Virus record (IMG/VR): IMGVR_UViG_3300028610_002065
Coordinates: 1-64,000 of that record
Direction: 5' to 3' (one strand)
Origin: a virus
Taxonomy: Duplodnaviria > Caudoviricetes
Length of the DNA: 64,000 nucleotides
The position numbers were made by a program, and so were the translations under genes. Positions 38,722-48,689 of the stretch are shown in pieces. The notes under the pieces were generated by a model. It searched no databases. It was not told the DNA's origin and worked only from the letters and a program-made list of their open reading frames with translations. The first letter of the stretch is position 1, and every line of letters begins with the position of its first letter.

Positions 38722-39101
38722 TAATCGCCTCCTATGAGCCTTATCTGTCCACCATTTTCTCTTATAATATCTTCTGCCTTTTCGAGCCGTTCATAATCCT
38801 TTCGTTCTAATACAACATAGGCTGCAAACTTTCCTTCATCAAGAATTGATATTGCTTCCTTAAATTCTTCTTTACCCATTCCCCAAAATTTTAATGGCAT
38901 TTTAGTTGCTTCTGTAATCCAATCAACATCTTTCTGCTGTGTGTATTTTATTAATTTTATTTTATCATCAAAGAGTCTGAAGTATTCTCCAGTTCTTAAA
39001 GTAAAATATTGATCGAAGCACTTTCGAAGGAATTTCTCATCAAATGCGATTACATACATGGTGGACGAACTGTTAGTTACGAAATCAGCTTTTATTTTCA
39101 T
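38721..39101 (-). CDS. MKIKxDFVTNSS family protein 1
   Basis: N-terminus MKIKADFVTNSSSTMY. Confidence 0.75.
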   Translation of the reverse strand: MKIKADFVTNSSSTMYVIAFDEKFLRKCFDQYFTLRTGEYFRLFDDKIKLIKYTQQKDVDWITEATKMPLKFWGMGKEEFKEAISILDEGKFAAYVVLERKDYERLEKAEDIIRENGGQIRLIGGD

Positions 39102-41290
39102 TGCATTGCTAAAACCTCATCTGCTTCAAGCTGATCCTCATGTCTATGTGAAATCAAATAAATTGATTTCCCGATTTTTAATTTATTCAAAACTTTTGAT
39201 ACCTGCATGATATTTTCATCATCCAAGCTATCGAATATTTCATCAAAAACTAGTATATTAATCTTCATATTTTGTATATTTGATTGAAGATCGCCGAGCG
39301 TTAATATTGTTGCTATATCAATAATTCTCGTTTGTCCACCTGATAATTGGACTCGAGAATTTGCTCTTGTAAATGTATCAAGCACATTAACAGAAATTTT
39401 ATCTCTGAACTCTCCTGCCTTTGTTGCTGCAAGAGTATCAAATGAAACTACATATCTTCCATTTGTAAGTTTATCTAAATACTCTGCTATCTTCTTATTC
39501 ATAAATGGAATTGCTTCATCAATTAACATTGATGGAATACCTGATGGAGAATATGCTTCTTTCCAGAACTCATATTCATCTTTCATTTTAAGCAAGACTG
39601 CTTTAGTATCAATGAGAGTTAGAATTTCTCCTTGTATCTGTACTTCTTTTCTTTTATACAAGTTCAGTTGTTCTTCATCGTATTCTCTTTTTGATTCTAT
39701 ATCAAATTGAACTCTGAATTTTTCTCTTTCTGAGTTAAGATTTGTAATAGATTCTTTGATTTGATCAATTTTTTCTTGCTGTTTATCTTGTACTCTTTTT
39801 TCCTCATATAATCGCTCTAACTGCAATTCAAGATTCAATTTATCATCTGCAAATCCAAGACTTAATGCCTTCTGTCCTGTCTGATATGATTGTTCGACTT
39901 TTCCCTCAGCATTCCTTAATCGAATCTCTAACTCTTTGGTTTTTCTTTTAAGTTCAAGATTGATTAATTCAATTTTATCTTTAATTTCATCCCTTTGACT
40001 ATTTATTTTATCACTCCGTTCAGCTAGATGCCTCCGAAGTTTTTGACTATTAATCTCTACCTTAGCAGCTGATTCATTTATGGATTGAATTGCATCATGA
40101 TGTTTTTCAATCTTTTTTGAAATCTCTTTAATTTTAACTTCTGTTAGTTCTGTATCACATGTTGGGCAAGTTGCTATGTCAGCATCAATAACATTTTTAT
40201 ATAATTCATCAGCTCGTTCACCATGAGATGAAGCATCGGCTTCTAACTTAATGATTAAATTATCAAGTTCATGTCTTTGCTCTTGATTGAAGTTTAGAAA
40301 CTCTTGCAACTGATCTCTCAAAGCTGTTTCTTGTTTTTGCAAGTCTTCTTTTACTTTATTTGTTTCTATTGTTATTTTGTTAATTTCTAATTGTGCTTTA
40401 TTTCTAAAGTCATGTATTTTTAGTTCTTTTTGATGACTTAAGTTTTGACATTGACTTTCTTGCTTATCAGTTAACTGATTCAGATCTGCTTCAATTTCAG
40501 CAATTCTTTTTATAACATCATTTGAATTTTCTGACTTTAAAATTAGCTCTTCGTTGAGTTTACTATCCCAGAGAGTTATTAATTCTAAGTTCTTTGATAT
40601 GCTAGTTTCTATCTCTTTGATTTTCTTTTCTTGCTCATTTTCAAATTCATTCTTTTGTTTAATCAGAATTTTAATTTGGGCATGCGCATCCCTAAGAAGA
40701 TTATTTTTCACTTCATCATCTATGTGAAGTTCAGATAAAACCTCAATAGTCTTTTTAAGTTTGTTACTCGCTTCTGAATGGTAAACTACATATTTGAGCA
40801 AGTTAAGAATTTGTCTGAAGATTTCTTTTTTGTCTGAATCTGTGAGATCTGTAAAGAAGTCTTTAACCTTTTGCCCAAACATCAAAGTGTTTGTAAATGT
40901 TTTTCTTGGAGTTAATATTCTTTCAATCTCAGGAAGAACTTCCTTATGACCTTTCTTTGTATCAACACCACCAACATTTAATATGACTGTATTTCCTAAC
41001 TTTGTATATTTGTGATATCTGGTTACTATATATTGTGTTGAGTCGATCATGAATTTTACCCATGTTTTACAATTACGACCAACGGTATTGTTGACTACAT
41101 CGTCTCCACGCATTCCACGACTTGTTATTCCATAGAGGGTAAAGAGAATAGCATCTAAAGCCATTGTCTTTCCGACTCCATTTGGACCTGTCACTAGTGT
41201 TAGAGTATCATTTATGAACTCCAATACTAATGGATCAATATAAGGTCCATAATTTTCCATTCCCACTTCTTGGAATTGTATATTTCTCAT
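39098..41290 (-). CDS. sbcC: SbcC/Rad50/gp46-like SMC ATPase
   Basis: GPNGVGKT, coiled coil with CPTC hook, LSGGQ, VFDE, ISH. Confidence 0.95.
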   Translation of the reverse strand: MRNIQFQEVGMENYGPYIDPLVLEFINDTLTLVTGPNGVGKTMALDAILFTLYGITSRGMRGDDVVNNTVGRNCKTWVKFMIDSTQYIVTRYHKYTKLGNTVILNVGGVDTKKGHKEVLPEIERILTPRKTFTNTLMFGQKVKDFFTDLTDSDKKEIFRQILNLLKYVVYHSEASNKLKKTIEVLSELHIDDEVKNNLLRDAHAQIKILIKQKNEFENEQEKKIKEIETSISKNLELITLWDSKLNEELILKSENSNDVIKRIAEIEADLNQLTDKQESQCQNLSHQKELKIHDFRNKAQLEINKITIETNKVKEDLQKQETALRDQLQEFLNFNQEQRHELDNLIIKLEADASSHGERADELYKNVIDADIATCPTCDTELTEVKIKEISKKIEKHHDAIQSINESAAKVEINSQKLRRHLAERSDKINSQRDEIKDKIELINLELKRKTKELEIRLRNAEGKVEQSYQTGQKALSLGFADDKLNLELQLERLYEEKRVQDKQQEKIDQIKESITNLNSEREKFRVQFDIESKREYDEEQLNLYKRKEVQIQGEILTLIDTKAVLLKMKDEYEFWKEAYSPSGIPSMLIDEAIPFMNKKIAEYLDKLTNGRYVVSFDTLAATKAGEFRDKISVNVLDTFTRANSRVQLSGGQTRIIDIATILTLGDLQSNIQNMKINILVFDEIFDSLDDENIMQVSKVLNKLKIGKSIYLISHRHEDQLEADEVLAMQ

Positions 41291-42312
41291 TATTTGTCCT
41301 CACATTCATGAATTATTTCCATAGCTATATGGAGATAATCATCTTGTTCACTTTGTGGAACTTTCTTGATATCCATATATTTTCTGTGAATATCTACGTC
41401 GCTCATCGAACTTGTGATTCCTCTGTCTGTGATGTCAACTTCAGTTTTATCAACAACCCTAATATCCATTTCGAGTGGACCCAAGTCGACCCTCTCTTTG
41501 AGTATGACCTTAACGTGTTGTCCGTCGGCTCGATATTTGTGTACATCCGCAAGAGCCTGCGCTCTATTGGACGAATCAATTTCGATTTCAATATGTCGCT
41601 TATAAGAGCTAATAGGAATAGAATCAACATCAAGCGTATCAGTGTCAACCACGAGAAAACGTTTGTCTTCATTTTTTTCACCCCAATCTAATTGAATCAA
41701 AGATCCAACATAATACAATTTGAAGTTATCTTGTATGATTTCTTGTGGTTTATGATAATGTCCCAATAAGACAAGTTCATATTTTCCAATCAAATCTCTG
41801 ACTGAAATATCAGAAATAATACTCATTCCAGAATTTAGAACTCCTTCAGATAATCCAAAATGTGAAATTAGTATTCGTCCTTTATTTGTTTTAACTTGAT
41901 TAACAACATCATGTGAATAAGGAATACAGAATAGTCCACCATCTTCCTGAGATTGGAATTGAGTCACCCAATCAACATTGTTGCATTTAGAAATAGCTCT
42001 TAATGATGATACTACATTTTGTCCTTTACCAGATAGATCATGATTACCATCTACTATGATAAATTGCAAATCTTCATATTTCTCAAAGAAATCAACCATT
42101 ATTTCTTGAGCGATTGAATGGACAATAGATTTGTTATGATATATATCTCCGCCAATTACAATAACATCAATATCATTATCACAACAATAATCTCCGACTT
42201 CGTTTAGAGCATTCTTTATACTATTCAATCGCTCAGGCAGTCCTGTTGTTTCTTCGCGTTTATCCTGACCATATCTGGATAAATGTATATCTGCTATAAA
42301 CGCGAACTTCAT
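41290..42312 (-). CDS. sbcD: SbcD/Mre11/gp47-like nuclease
   Basis: ADIH, GGDIYH, GNHD, SHF, GHYH, YVGS. Confidence 0.93.
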   Translation of the reverse strand: MKFAFIADIHLSRYGQDKREETTGLPERLNSIKNALNEVGDYCCDNDIDVIVIGGDIYHNKSIVHSIAQEIMVDFFEKYEDLQFIIVDGNHDLSGKGQNVVSSLRAISKCNNVDWVTQFQSQEDGGLFCIPYSHDVVNQVKTNKGRILISHFGLSEGVLNSGMSIISDISVRDLIGKYELVLLGHYHKPQEIIQDNFKLYYVGSLIQLDWGEKNEDKRFLVVDTDTLDVDSIPISSYKRHIEIEIDSSNRAQALADVHKYRADGQHVKVILKERVDLGPLEMDIRVVDKTEVDITDRGITSSMSDVDIHRKYMDIKKVPQSEQDDYLHIAMEIIHECEDK

Positions 42313-42536
42313 AGTTTTTCGTCCTCCCGTTCCTGAGTTTTTACTGGTTCGACTACTTTCTGAGCAGCTTCTTCATCCTGATTAATGATTTCAATCTGTT
42401 CACTATCTCCAGTTCCTTGTAATATAGTCCCAAGCAATGGTATAAATATTGCTGAGAGAATCATAATGATTGCAATCACAATCATTAATTCAATTAGAGT
42501 AAAACCAATTCTGTTATTAATTTTCTGTAGTATCAT
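42309..42536 (-). CDS. Type IV prepilin-like small protein
   Basis: NNRIG|FTLIELMIVIAIIMILSAIFIP class III signal peptide / N-methylation motif. Confidence 0.85.
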   Translation of the reverse strand: MILQKINNRIGFTLIELMIVIAIIMILSAIFIPLLGTILQGTGDSEQIEIINQDEEAAQKVVEPVKTQEREDEKL

Positions 42537-42957
42537 CTTCTGGTCCTTTCACTATAATGTTTGATAGCATTTCTGCTGATAAAAGTTGAATAAGTCTTTC
42601 AGATTGTGCTCCAATATTATGTATTTTACCATCTTCAGGTCCAGAATCATAGATCTCAAGATTAAAATCTTTATTGCCAAAAATTTGTTGAAGAGTGTGA
42701 AATACTGTACGACTACTAACTGGATCTTCCTCCCAGTCACACCATAATAGACCTTGTTCTTTGAGAGTTTCCAATCCATTATTTAGTGCATAAAGTGCTT
42801 TAACCCAATCGCCTTCTAGATGATCTAAAAGTTCACCGAAATCATATCTAAGATTGTCCGGAGTGATATGCTTTTTTTCTATTACAAAATCTTTGGGAAT
42901 GAATACAATATATGATGCGGAAGAACTGTTTGTGACGAAGTCTGTTTTGATTTTCAT
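42517..42957 (-). CDS. MKIKxDFVTNSS family protein 2
   Basis: MKIKTDFVTNSSSASY. Confidence 0.75.
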   Translation of the reverse strand: MKIKTDFVTNSSSASYIVFIPKDFVIEKKHITPDNLRYDFGELLDHLEGDWVKALYALNNGLETLKEQGLLWCDWEEDPVSSRTVFHTLQQIFGNKDFNLEIYDSGPEDGKIHNIGAQSERLIQLLSAEMLSNIIVKGPEDDTTEN

Positions 42958-43247
42958 TAGTAATTCGAACCTCCGAAGTGAATACAGTCTTGATCAACTT
43001 GTACTATATCGGTGAGGAACCATACCATATCAAAATTGTCCATAGATGTATTACCCTCAATCGAATGTTTTTTATCTTCAATTATCCATGGAGTTAAATA
43101 CAGTTTGCCTTTATAAGATTCTTCTACCATGGCAGCTAACTCAATATGATTAATTATCATATATATTTGCTTTTTAGTTAGACAAGATTTAGGGATAGAG
43201 AAGCTAGCTGATGAACTATTTGTTACAAAATCAATTTTTATTTTCAT
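42957..43247 (-). CDS. MKIKxDFVTNSS family protein 3
   Basis: MKIKIDFVTNSSSASF. Confidence 0.75.
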   Translation of the reverse strand: MKIKIDFVTNSSSASFSIPKSCLTKKQIYMIINHIELAAMVEESYKGKLYLTPWIIEDKKHSIEGNTSMDNFDMVWFLTDIVQVDQDCIHFGGSNY

Positions 43248-43425
43248 TTTCCTTACCTATTATATCGAGAGCTTTTTCTAACTTCTCTTTTAATTCTGGG
43301 CATCCGCCACCATTTCTAATAGCAAATGATTTTTTACACATAACTTTAACTGCACATAATTCGCATGGACTTTCATCACCCAGAAGTAACGTAATCATTT
43401 TTTCCCATTGTGTTTTATAGCTCAT
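43231..43425 (-). CDS. Small Cys-rich protein (PCxxCxVxxxC)
   Basis: SPCELCAVKVMC...GGCPEL. Confidence 0.55.
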   Translation of the reverse strand: MSYKTQWEKMITLLLGDESPCELCAVKVMCKKSFAIRNGGGCPELKEKLEKALDIIGKENENKN

Positions 43426-43431
43426 AATTTT

Positions 43432-43779
43432 TTACCTTAATGATCTATGGAATCTCCATATAAAATTTTTTGATTCGCCTCCATCTCTGAGGATATAATC
43501 ATATACAGCTCCAATAACAGTTCCTGCCTCATCTCCAAATACACAATTTATTTCTTCTCCTGGCAGAAATTCTATATCTTCCCTAGCCGCTGATTCAATT
43601 AAACGTAGTTTTGTATATCTAGGATCTTTTTCATACCAGTCATATTCTTTAACGAATTGTTCTAATAAGTAAATATTTTCTAAAGCAAAGTCTGCTAAAG
43701 TTAATTTTTCATCTGATGTGTTTTGTATCATATATGAGGTTGAACTGCTGTTTGTTACAAAATCAATTTTTATTTTCAT
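43432..43779 (-). CDS. MKIKxDFVTNSS family protein 4
   Basis: MKIKIDFVTNSSSTSY. Confidence 0.75.
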   Translation of the reverse strand: MKIKIDFVTNSSSTSYMIQNTSDEKLTLADFALENIYLLEQFVKEYDWYEKDPRYTKLRLIESAAREDIEFLPGEEINCVFGDEAGTVIGAVYDYILRDGGESKNFIWRFHRSLR

Positions 43780-44144
43780 TATCCGTCATGCCACGCTTCT
43801 TGAATGTGATGTGGTGTAGATGTTATACCAAGTGTTTCAACAATCTGTAGTCGAACTCTTGATTTAAAATCTCTTAATGTTTCATCATCCTGCATACTAG
43901 AATATGTAATTCCAACCATTGGTGAAGCATAATATTCTGGTTGTGCATAACTAAGATCAGATCCGTGAATTAATGAAGCAACGAGATCATATGCGCTTTC
44001 TTTCAACTCTTCAACTGTTATGTTTCGTCTTTCTGCAATAGTTTTTATATAGTCTTCTGGTATATTAGTCACATCCACATTAATACCAATGACTACAAAA
44101 GATGTTGTACTGCTATTGGTTACAAAGTCTGTTTTGATTTTCAT
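43779..44144 (-). CDS. MKIKxDFVTNSS family protein 5
   Basis: MKIKTDFVTNSSTTSF. Confidence 0.75.
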   Translation of the reverse strand: MKIKTDFVTNSSTTSFVVIGINVDVTNIPEDYIKTIAERRNITVEELKESAYDLVASLIHGSDLSYAQPEYYASPMVGITYSSMQDDETLRDFKSRVRLQIVETLGITSTPHHIQEAWHDG

Positions 44145-44517
44145 ATTGTTCCATTCTTGTTACAAATTCTTTTACTTCAATCAACTTAGTTGGAGATATT
44201 GTAGTTGCTCCTTCGCCATCAACATCAATAATTTTAAAGATTAGATTATCACTTTTTAAAAGTTCACGAATAAAAAGAAGTTCATATCCGTATGGCCCAA
44301 GCATAATTTCTTTACCATCTTTAAGAAGATTAATATCTTTTTTTATTTCATCTATCAATTTGTTTATCTCATCTGAAGATGGTTCTTCGTCATGAATATA
44401 ATCTTTATACTGTTCGGTTTTGATGATTTTATTTTTTTCGATTTTATAATTTGATGGAATAAAAACTATAAAAGAAGCAGATGAACTGTTTGTTACAAAG
44501 TCTGTTTTGATTTTCAT
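44113..44517 (-). CDS. MKIKxDFVTNSS family protein 6
   Basis: MKIKTDFVTNSSSASF. Confidence 0.75.
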   Translation of the reverse strand: MKIKTDFVTNSSSASFIVFIPSNYKIEKNKIIKTEQYKDYIHDEEPSSDEINKLIDEIKKDINLLKDGKEIMLGPYGYELLFIRELLKSDNLIFKIIDVDGEGATTISPTKLIEVKEFVTRMEQYENQNRLCNQ

Positions 44518-45920
44518 TTTCCCCCCAATATTTCCATTGCGACTTCACGATCAATGGGATTCAATTTACCATCTTTGAAAAATAGATATTGAATTGGCCA
44601 TTCTTTTTTATCATAAAATTTCTGGCGAGGGTAAAATGTTCGTGATATGTCTGGACATCCATAGTCTACCATATCAATTATAATTGGAGTTTTCTTTCCT
44701 TCTACTTCCCTTAGAATTCTTCCAGTTAATTGCTCAAGATTTCTAATTGGGGAAGTCATAATAACACAATCTTTCCAAGGAGCATCAATTCCATCTCTAA
44801 CTTTACCTGGTGTTGCAAATGTGACTTTAAAGTCTAGTTGTTCTAGTTTAGGACCTGTACCACAGAATAAACCTTTACTTTCATGTTTTGTCTCTTTAAA
44901 CAATTCATCAATTAATTTAATTCTTTCTGCTACACAGATCATATGACGATCCTTTTTTAAACGACCCAACAACCCCCTCATTGCTTCCCTGAAGGGTTTT
45001 GACTTCTTTATCATATTGAGATATCTGGAACGCTGAAACTCACCTCCCCAATGCACATACCTGTAGCTCCGGGGTGTATCAATTTGATAATCCAATAGGA
45101 CAACTGTTACTTTGCCATCCATTGTTCCTTCAAGATCATCGTCTGAAAATATATCTCCAAGATGAAAACGAATTATATCTCCATTTCCATCATACCTATC
45201 TGGAGTTGCACTTAAACCATATGTATATTTTGCTGGAATATGAATTGAACATTCTGATAATCTTGGAGCTCCGATTGATGTATGAACTTCATCTGCGACC
45301 AATACACCCACATCTGCATTATTTAAATGAGTTAAAAACTCTTCGGGTTTCCGCTTCAACAATGATCTGAATGTTTGGACCATGGCAATGATTATTGGTT
45401 TTTTAAAATCATCTTCAAATGTATTAGAAGTTAATCTTGCAATATCATCTATTTTCAGATCTGTAAATTGTAAGAATCGTTCTTCCCATTGCTTTGCTAA
45501 TGAATCTCGATGTACTAGAATCATTGACTTGCGTTTTCGTTTAGCAATCATATATATTGAAATGACTGTTTTACCAACGCCAGGTGATAACTTTAAAATT
45601 CCGTTGGGATATTTTAACAAGTATTTGATTGCTTTTTTCTGTGCATCACTTCTAGGAGTTATATTGTGATTGATCTCTATCGGAGCTCCTTCATGCTGAT
45701 GATTGACAACCTTATAATGAAATGTATATTGTTGAATCGGGAAGTATCTTGGAATTAAAAGATACTTCTCCGACTCAATATAAAATCTATTTATTATAAA
45801 GTTTGATTTATCATATGCAGTTGTCCGACGCTCTAAGAACTCCTTTATTTTAATGTAATATTCTTTATGCTGATCTTTCTTTGAAATTAGAAGACCAGAG
45901 CGTTGGATTATATTTAACAT
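44514..45920 (-). CDS. SF2 helicase, UvsW/ResIII-like
   Basis: SPGVGKT, VADEVH, GLSATP.R.DG, QLTGRILR. Confidence 0.92.
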   Translation of the reverse strand: MLNIIQRSGLLISKKDQHKEYYIKIKEFLERRTTAYDKSNFIINRFYIESEKYLLIPRYFPIQQYTFHYKVVNHQHEGAPIEINHNITPRSDAQKKAIKYLLKYPNGILKLSPGVGKTVISIYMIAKRKRKSMILVHRDSLAKQWEERFLQFTDLKIDDIARLTSNTFEDDFKKPIIIAMVQTFRSLLKRKPEEFLTHLNNADVGVLVADEVHTSIGAPRLSECSIHIPAKYTYGLSATPDRYDGNGDIIRFHLGDIFSDDDLEGTMDGKVTVVLLDYQIDTPRSYRYVHWGGEFQRSRYLNMIKKSKPFREAMRGLLGRLKKDRHMICVAERIKLIDELFKETKHESKGLFCGTGPKLEQLDFKVTFATPGKVRDGIDAPWKDCVIMTSPIRNLEQLTGRILREVEGKKTPIIIDMVDYGCPDISRTFYPRQKFYDKKEWPIQYLFFKDGKLNPIDREVAMEILGGK

Positions 45921-46346
45921 TTATTCCTCACTATAGCTGGCCCGGGATGTATCAGTTTCATAGATATCTACATAGTCAATACTAATACCAAGTAGATTTT
46001 TTAACTCCCAGCCGATACTATCGTATAATACTTTGGCCATATTTTCTGCTGTTGGTTCGAATGGAGTTTCAACAACCTTTAATTCTGGCAAGATTTCTTT
46101 CATCCTCTGAATTAATTCATAATCTACTTTATTGACCATTAAAGCATGATCAAACTTTTCTATGAACTCAAGGACTATTCTCTTTAAATCTCCAAAGTCA
46201 ATAATCATACCATTTGAATTTAGAGTTTTGCTTTTGACTCCAATTTCAACTATGTAATTATGTCCATGAAAGTTTTTACATGAGCCTTTGTGTTTACTTA
46301 ATCTATGTCCCATAGAGAATGTAAATTGTTTTGCTAATCTGTACAT
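45921..46346 (-). CDS. queD: 6-carboxytetrahydropterin synthase (QueD/PTPS)
   Basis: GHRL..HKGSCKNFHGHNY, IDFGDLK, FDHA, PTAENMA, ETDTS. Confidence 0.95.
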   Translation of the reverse strand: MYRLAKQFTFSMGHRLSKHKGSCKNFHGHNYIVEIGVKSKTLNSNGMIIDFGDLKRIVLEFIEKFDHALMVNKVDYELIQRMKEILPELKVVETPFEPTAENMAKVLYDSIGWELKNLLGISIDYVDIYETDTSRASYSEE

Positions 46347-46349
46347 TTA

Positions 46350-47645
46350 TTATCCTCCATACTGCTCTAATACAAAAGTAGTTAAATTTTCTCTTCTCTC
46401 AGTCAAATCAGTAACCTTCATCATTAATTGTGCAGTATCTGTATCAACTGTTAGAAGTTTTCTTATTCTATATTTATTTAATATCTCTGAAGCAAGTTTC
46501 TTATCTACTCCAGTTTCTTTCTCAATTATTTCTAATGATTGATCTATGTCATAATGTTTTTCTAGACACTTGCTTAAAACTGGTCTCATTATGTCAAGAG
46601 CTTTCATTTCACTAATTAAACTATTAGCATCATAAATTTCATTTGTCAACATTGATTCATTAACTTCCCTGAACCTATTGAAAGTATTGAGTAACATTTG
46701 ATCAATTGGCATAACTTTCACTTTTTGATTTTCATCCACAACTGTTGTTTCAAATGAAATAGTACCCTTTATTACAGTTTGTAACTTATTAACAAAGTCT
46801 TTGAATATCTTATCGCGGTTTCTTTCCCGCATAACTTGGAATACGATCTCGGTTTCTGTAACTGATAAATCAGAGAAACCAATCATATTTTCTGCTAATT
46901 CTTTACTAAATTTGTTCAAGAAAGATTCGAATCTTTTTCCGGGAGGCCATGATCGAAGTTTAACCTTATTGAGTCTGGCGTCTACTTCAATAATTCCTTC
47001 GACTTCTATTTTTGCCTTCCCTACAGTTAGTAACTCATCTAATACGTTTGAATCAGAAACGATCTGACAATCTGTGATTGGTGCAATTATTGGTTTTCGT
47101 TTTCTTATTCCCAATAACCACAAAAGTCTTTTGTGTAAGTCTGAAACTGTATAACATGGAATATAAGTTTTAAACCCAAAACCAATTCCCTGTGTATAGT
47201 CATTTCCTAATAAACAGATTGGATACATGGTTGGTAAAAACTGTGGCTCTTTATCATCTAACTCTGTGTCAATCCACGGAACATACTTAACATATTTGAA
47301 TGCTAGATCAATTGTTTCTTGAGGAATCCTACATTCAGTATATCTTGGAGCTGCTGCACCAATAGGTTCAACTCCAATTGTTGTTCCAAAACTACCTTGA
47401 CCAGTTAAGAACCCTTGTCTTACTAATTGCACAATGGTTCCATAACATTCTCCATGTGGATGATAATGACCGATAGTGTATGCATCAACCTGCCTTGACT
47501 TCACGAGTTTGTTTCTTGCAATTTTATATGCAGACAAAAGAACTCTTCTCTCTACTGGTTTCAATCCGTCTAATGCTAGCGGGAAGTTACGGTAGTTCGA
47601 ATAGAGCCCATAGTCTCTGTATAATTCGGGCAAGATTTTGTCCAT
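46350..47645 (-). CDS. Type IIA topoisomerase subunit A (GyrA/ParC-like, no CTD)
   Basis: DGLKPVERRVL, HYHPHGE, GQGSFG, AAPRYTE (catalytic Tyr). Confidence 0.93.
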   Translation of the reverse strand: MDKILPELYRDYGLYSNYRNFPLALDGLKPVERRVLLSAYKIARNKLVKSRQVDAYTIGHYHPHGECYGTIVQLVRQGFLTGQGSFGTTIGVEPIGAAAPRYTECRIPQETIDLAFKYVKYVPWIDTELDDKEPQFLPTMYPICLLGNDYTQGIGFGFKTYIPCYTVSDLHKRLLWLLGIRKRKPIIAPITDCQIVSDSNVLDELLTVGKAKIEVEGIIEVDARLNKVKLRSWPPGKRFESFLNKFSKELAENMIGFSDLSVTETEIVFQVMRERNRDKIFKDFVNKLQTVIKGTISFETTVVDENQKVKVMPIDQMLLNTFNRFREVNESMLTNEIYDANSLISEMKALDIMRPVLSKCLEKHYDIDQSLEIIEKETGVDKKLASEILNKYRIRKLLTVDTDTAQLMMKVTDLTERRENLTTFVLEQYGG

Positions 47646-48028
47646 GAACGTGCCTCCTCTAAAGGAAATACTGGATTCCCCAAACCTGAATCTGCTATCT
47701 CAAGATCTCCAGTCTGAAGATATACGATTGGGTCAAATAGTTTTCCTCCATAATTTGATGCAAATACTTTATGATGATCTGGGAGAAACATATATGAGTA
47801 ATCTGTCATTCTACTATCTGGCCATAACCAGGGCCACTTTGCCCCATCAGTTTTTATAACACCTTTTCTTTCCTTAATGAAATCAACAACTAATTCTTCA
47901 TATAAGGTCGGATTGTTACATATTAAAATATCTAATAAGATACCATTTACATAACCATCCGAAAAGATGCTTCCTATCCAGTTAGCTGCTATACCCGTTC
48001 CGATATAAAAATCCGCTTTAGTCATCAT
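47638..48028 (-). CDS. Conserved phage protein (ADFYIG...WIGS..DG)
   Basis: N-terminal motif common in phage hypotheticals; ORF extends to 47576, overlapping the topo A start. Confidence 0.55.
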
Positions 48029-48030
48029 TG

Positions 48031-48189
48031 TTACCTCTTCAATCTACAGGAATAGGGTCTTTTTCCTTTATGCGGTTTTAAAAGTTTTGGAATCTTTGAC
48101 TTACCCCAAATGCATTGAAATTCATTGTTATCATTGATTATTGCCTTTAGGCATGATGGGCAATCTGGAGTTAAGATTTTAGTTCTCAT
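48031..48189 (-). CDS. Unlisted 52-aa Cys4 microprotein
   Basis: MRTKILTPDCPSCLKAIINDNNEFQCIWG...YSCRLKR*; fills the gap between coupled ORFs. Confidence 0.55.
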   Translation of the reverse strand: MRTKILTPDCPSCLKAIINDNNEFQCIWGKSKIPKLLKPHKGKRPYSCRLKR

Positions 48190-48427
48190 ATTTCCTCTTT
48201 GCTTTCTCGATTCTCTTCATATACATTATCAATTTGTTGTCGCTGAGATCTCCTAAATAATTCAGTTCCATCTTCCTTAAGAGCCACCCATCTTTTATAA
48301 GATATTTGTGGGCTCTCATCTGTCTAAATAATGTTTTCCTGATTCTTGTTCGTTCAGTTCTGTGGTATTCCAGATGTTCAATTAGTTGATTGTTCATTTT
48401 CACCTCTTCTTCACAAACGTATGCCAT
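48179..48427 (-). CDS. Hypothetical basic protein
   Basis: In operon. Confidence 0.5.
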   Translation of the reverse strand: MAYVCEEEVKMNNQLIEHLEYHRTERTRIRKTLFRQMRAHKYLIKDGWLLRKMELNYLGDLSDNKLIMYMKRIEKAKRKYEN

Positions 48428-48689
48428 TTTTTACAAGCAATCCCACTTGAGAAGTTGTCAAATCATTTCTTATATAATGCTTCACCTTGTATTCCCCACG
48501 CCCAGTATGTTCTAATATTCCCAACCTTGTGAGTAATTGTCTGTAGTTATCAAGGGTAGATCCATAAGATCCTTTATGTTTTTCTGGCATGGGGCCTCTA
48601 TAAACATGATGAATAAGTTTTTGTCGGTATATTGTATCTCCAATCTTTTTACTGTTTATATATTCTTTTATCATTTGCCATACGTTCAT
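48411..48689 (-). CDS. Putative winged-helix protein
   Basis: TLDNYRQLLTRLGILEHTGRGEYKV; true start probably ATG 48689. Confidence 0.45.
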   Translation of the reverse strand: MNVWQMIKEYINSKKIGDTIYRQKLIHHVYRGPMPEKHKGSYGSTLDNYRQLLTRLGILEHTGRGEYKVKHYIRNDLTTSQVGLLVKNGIRL

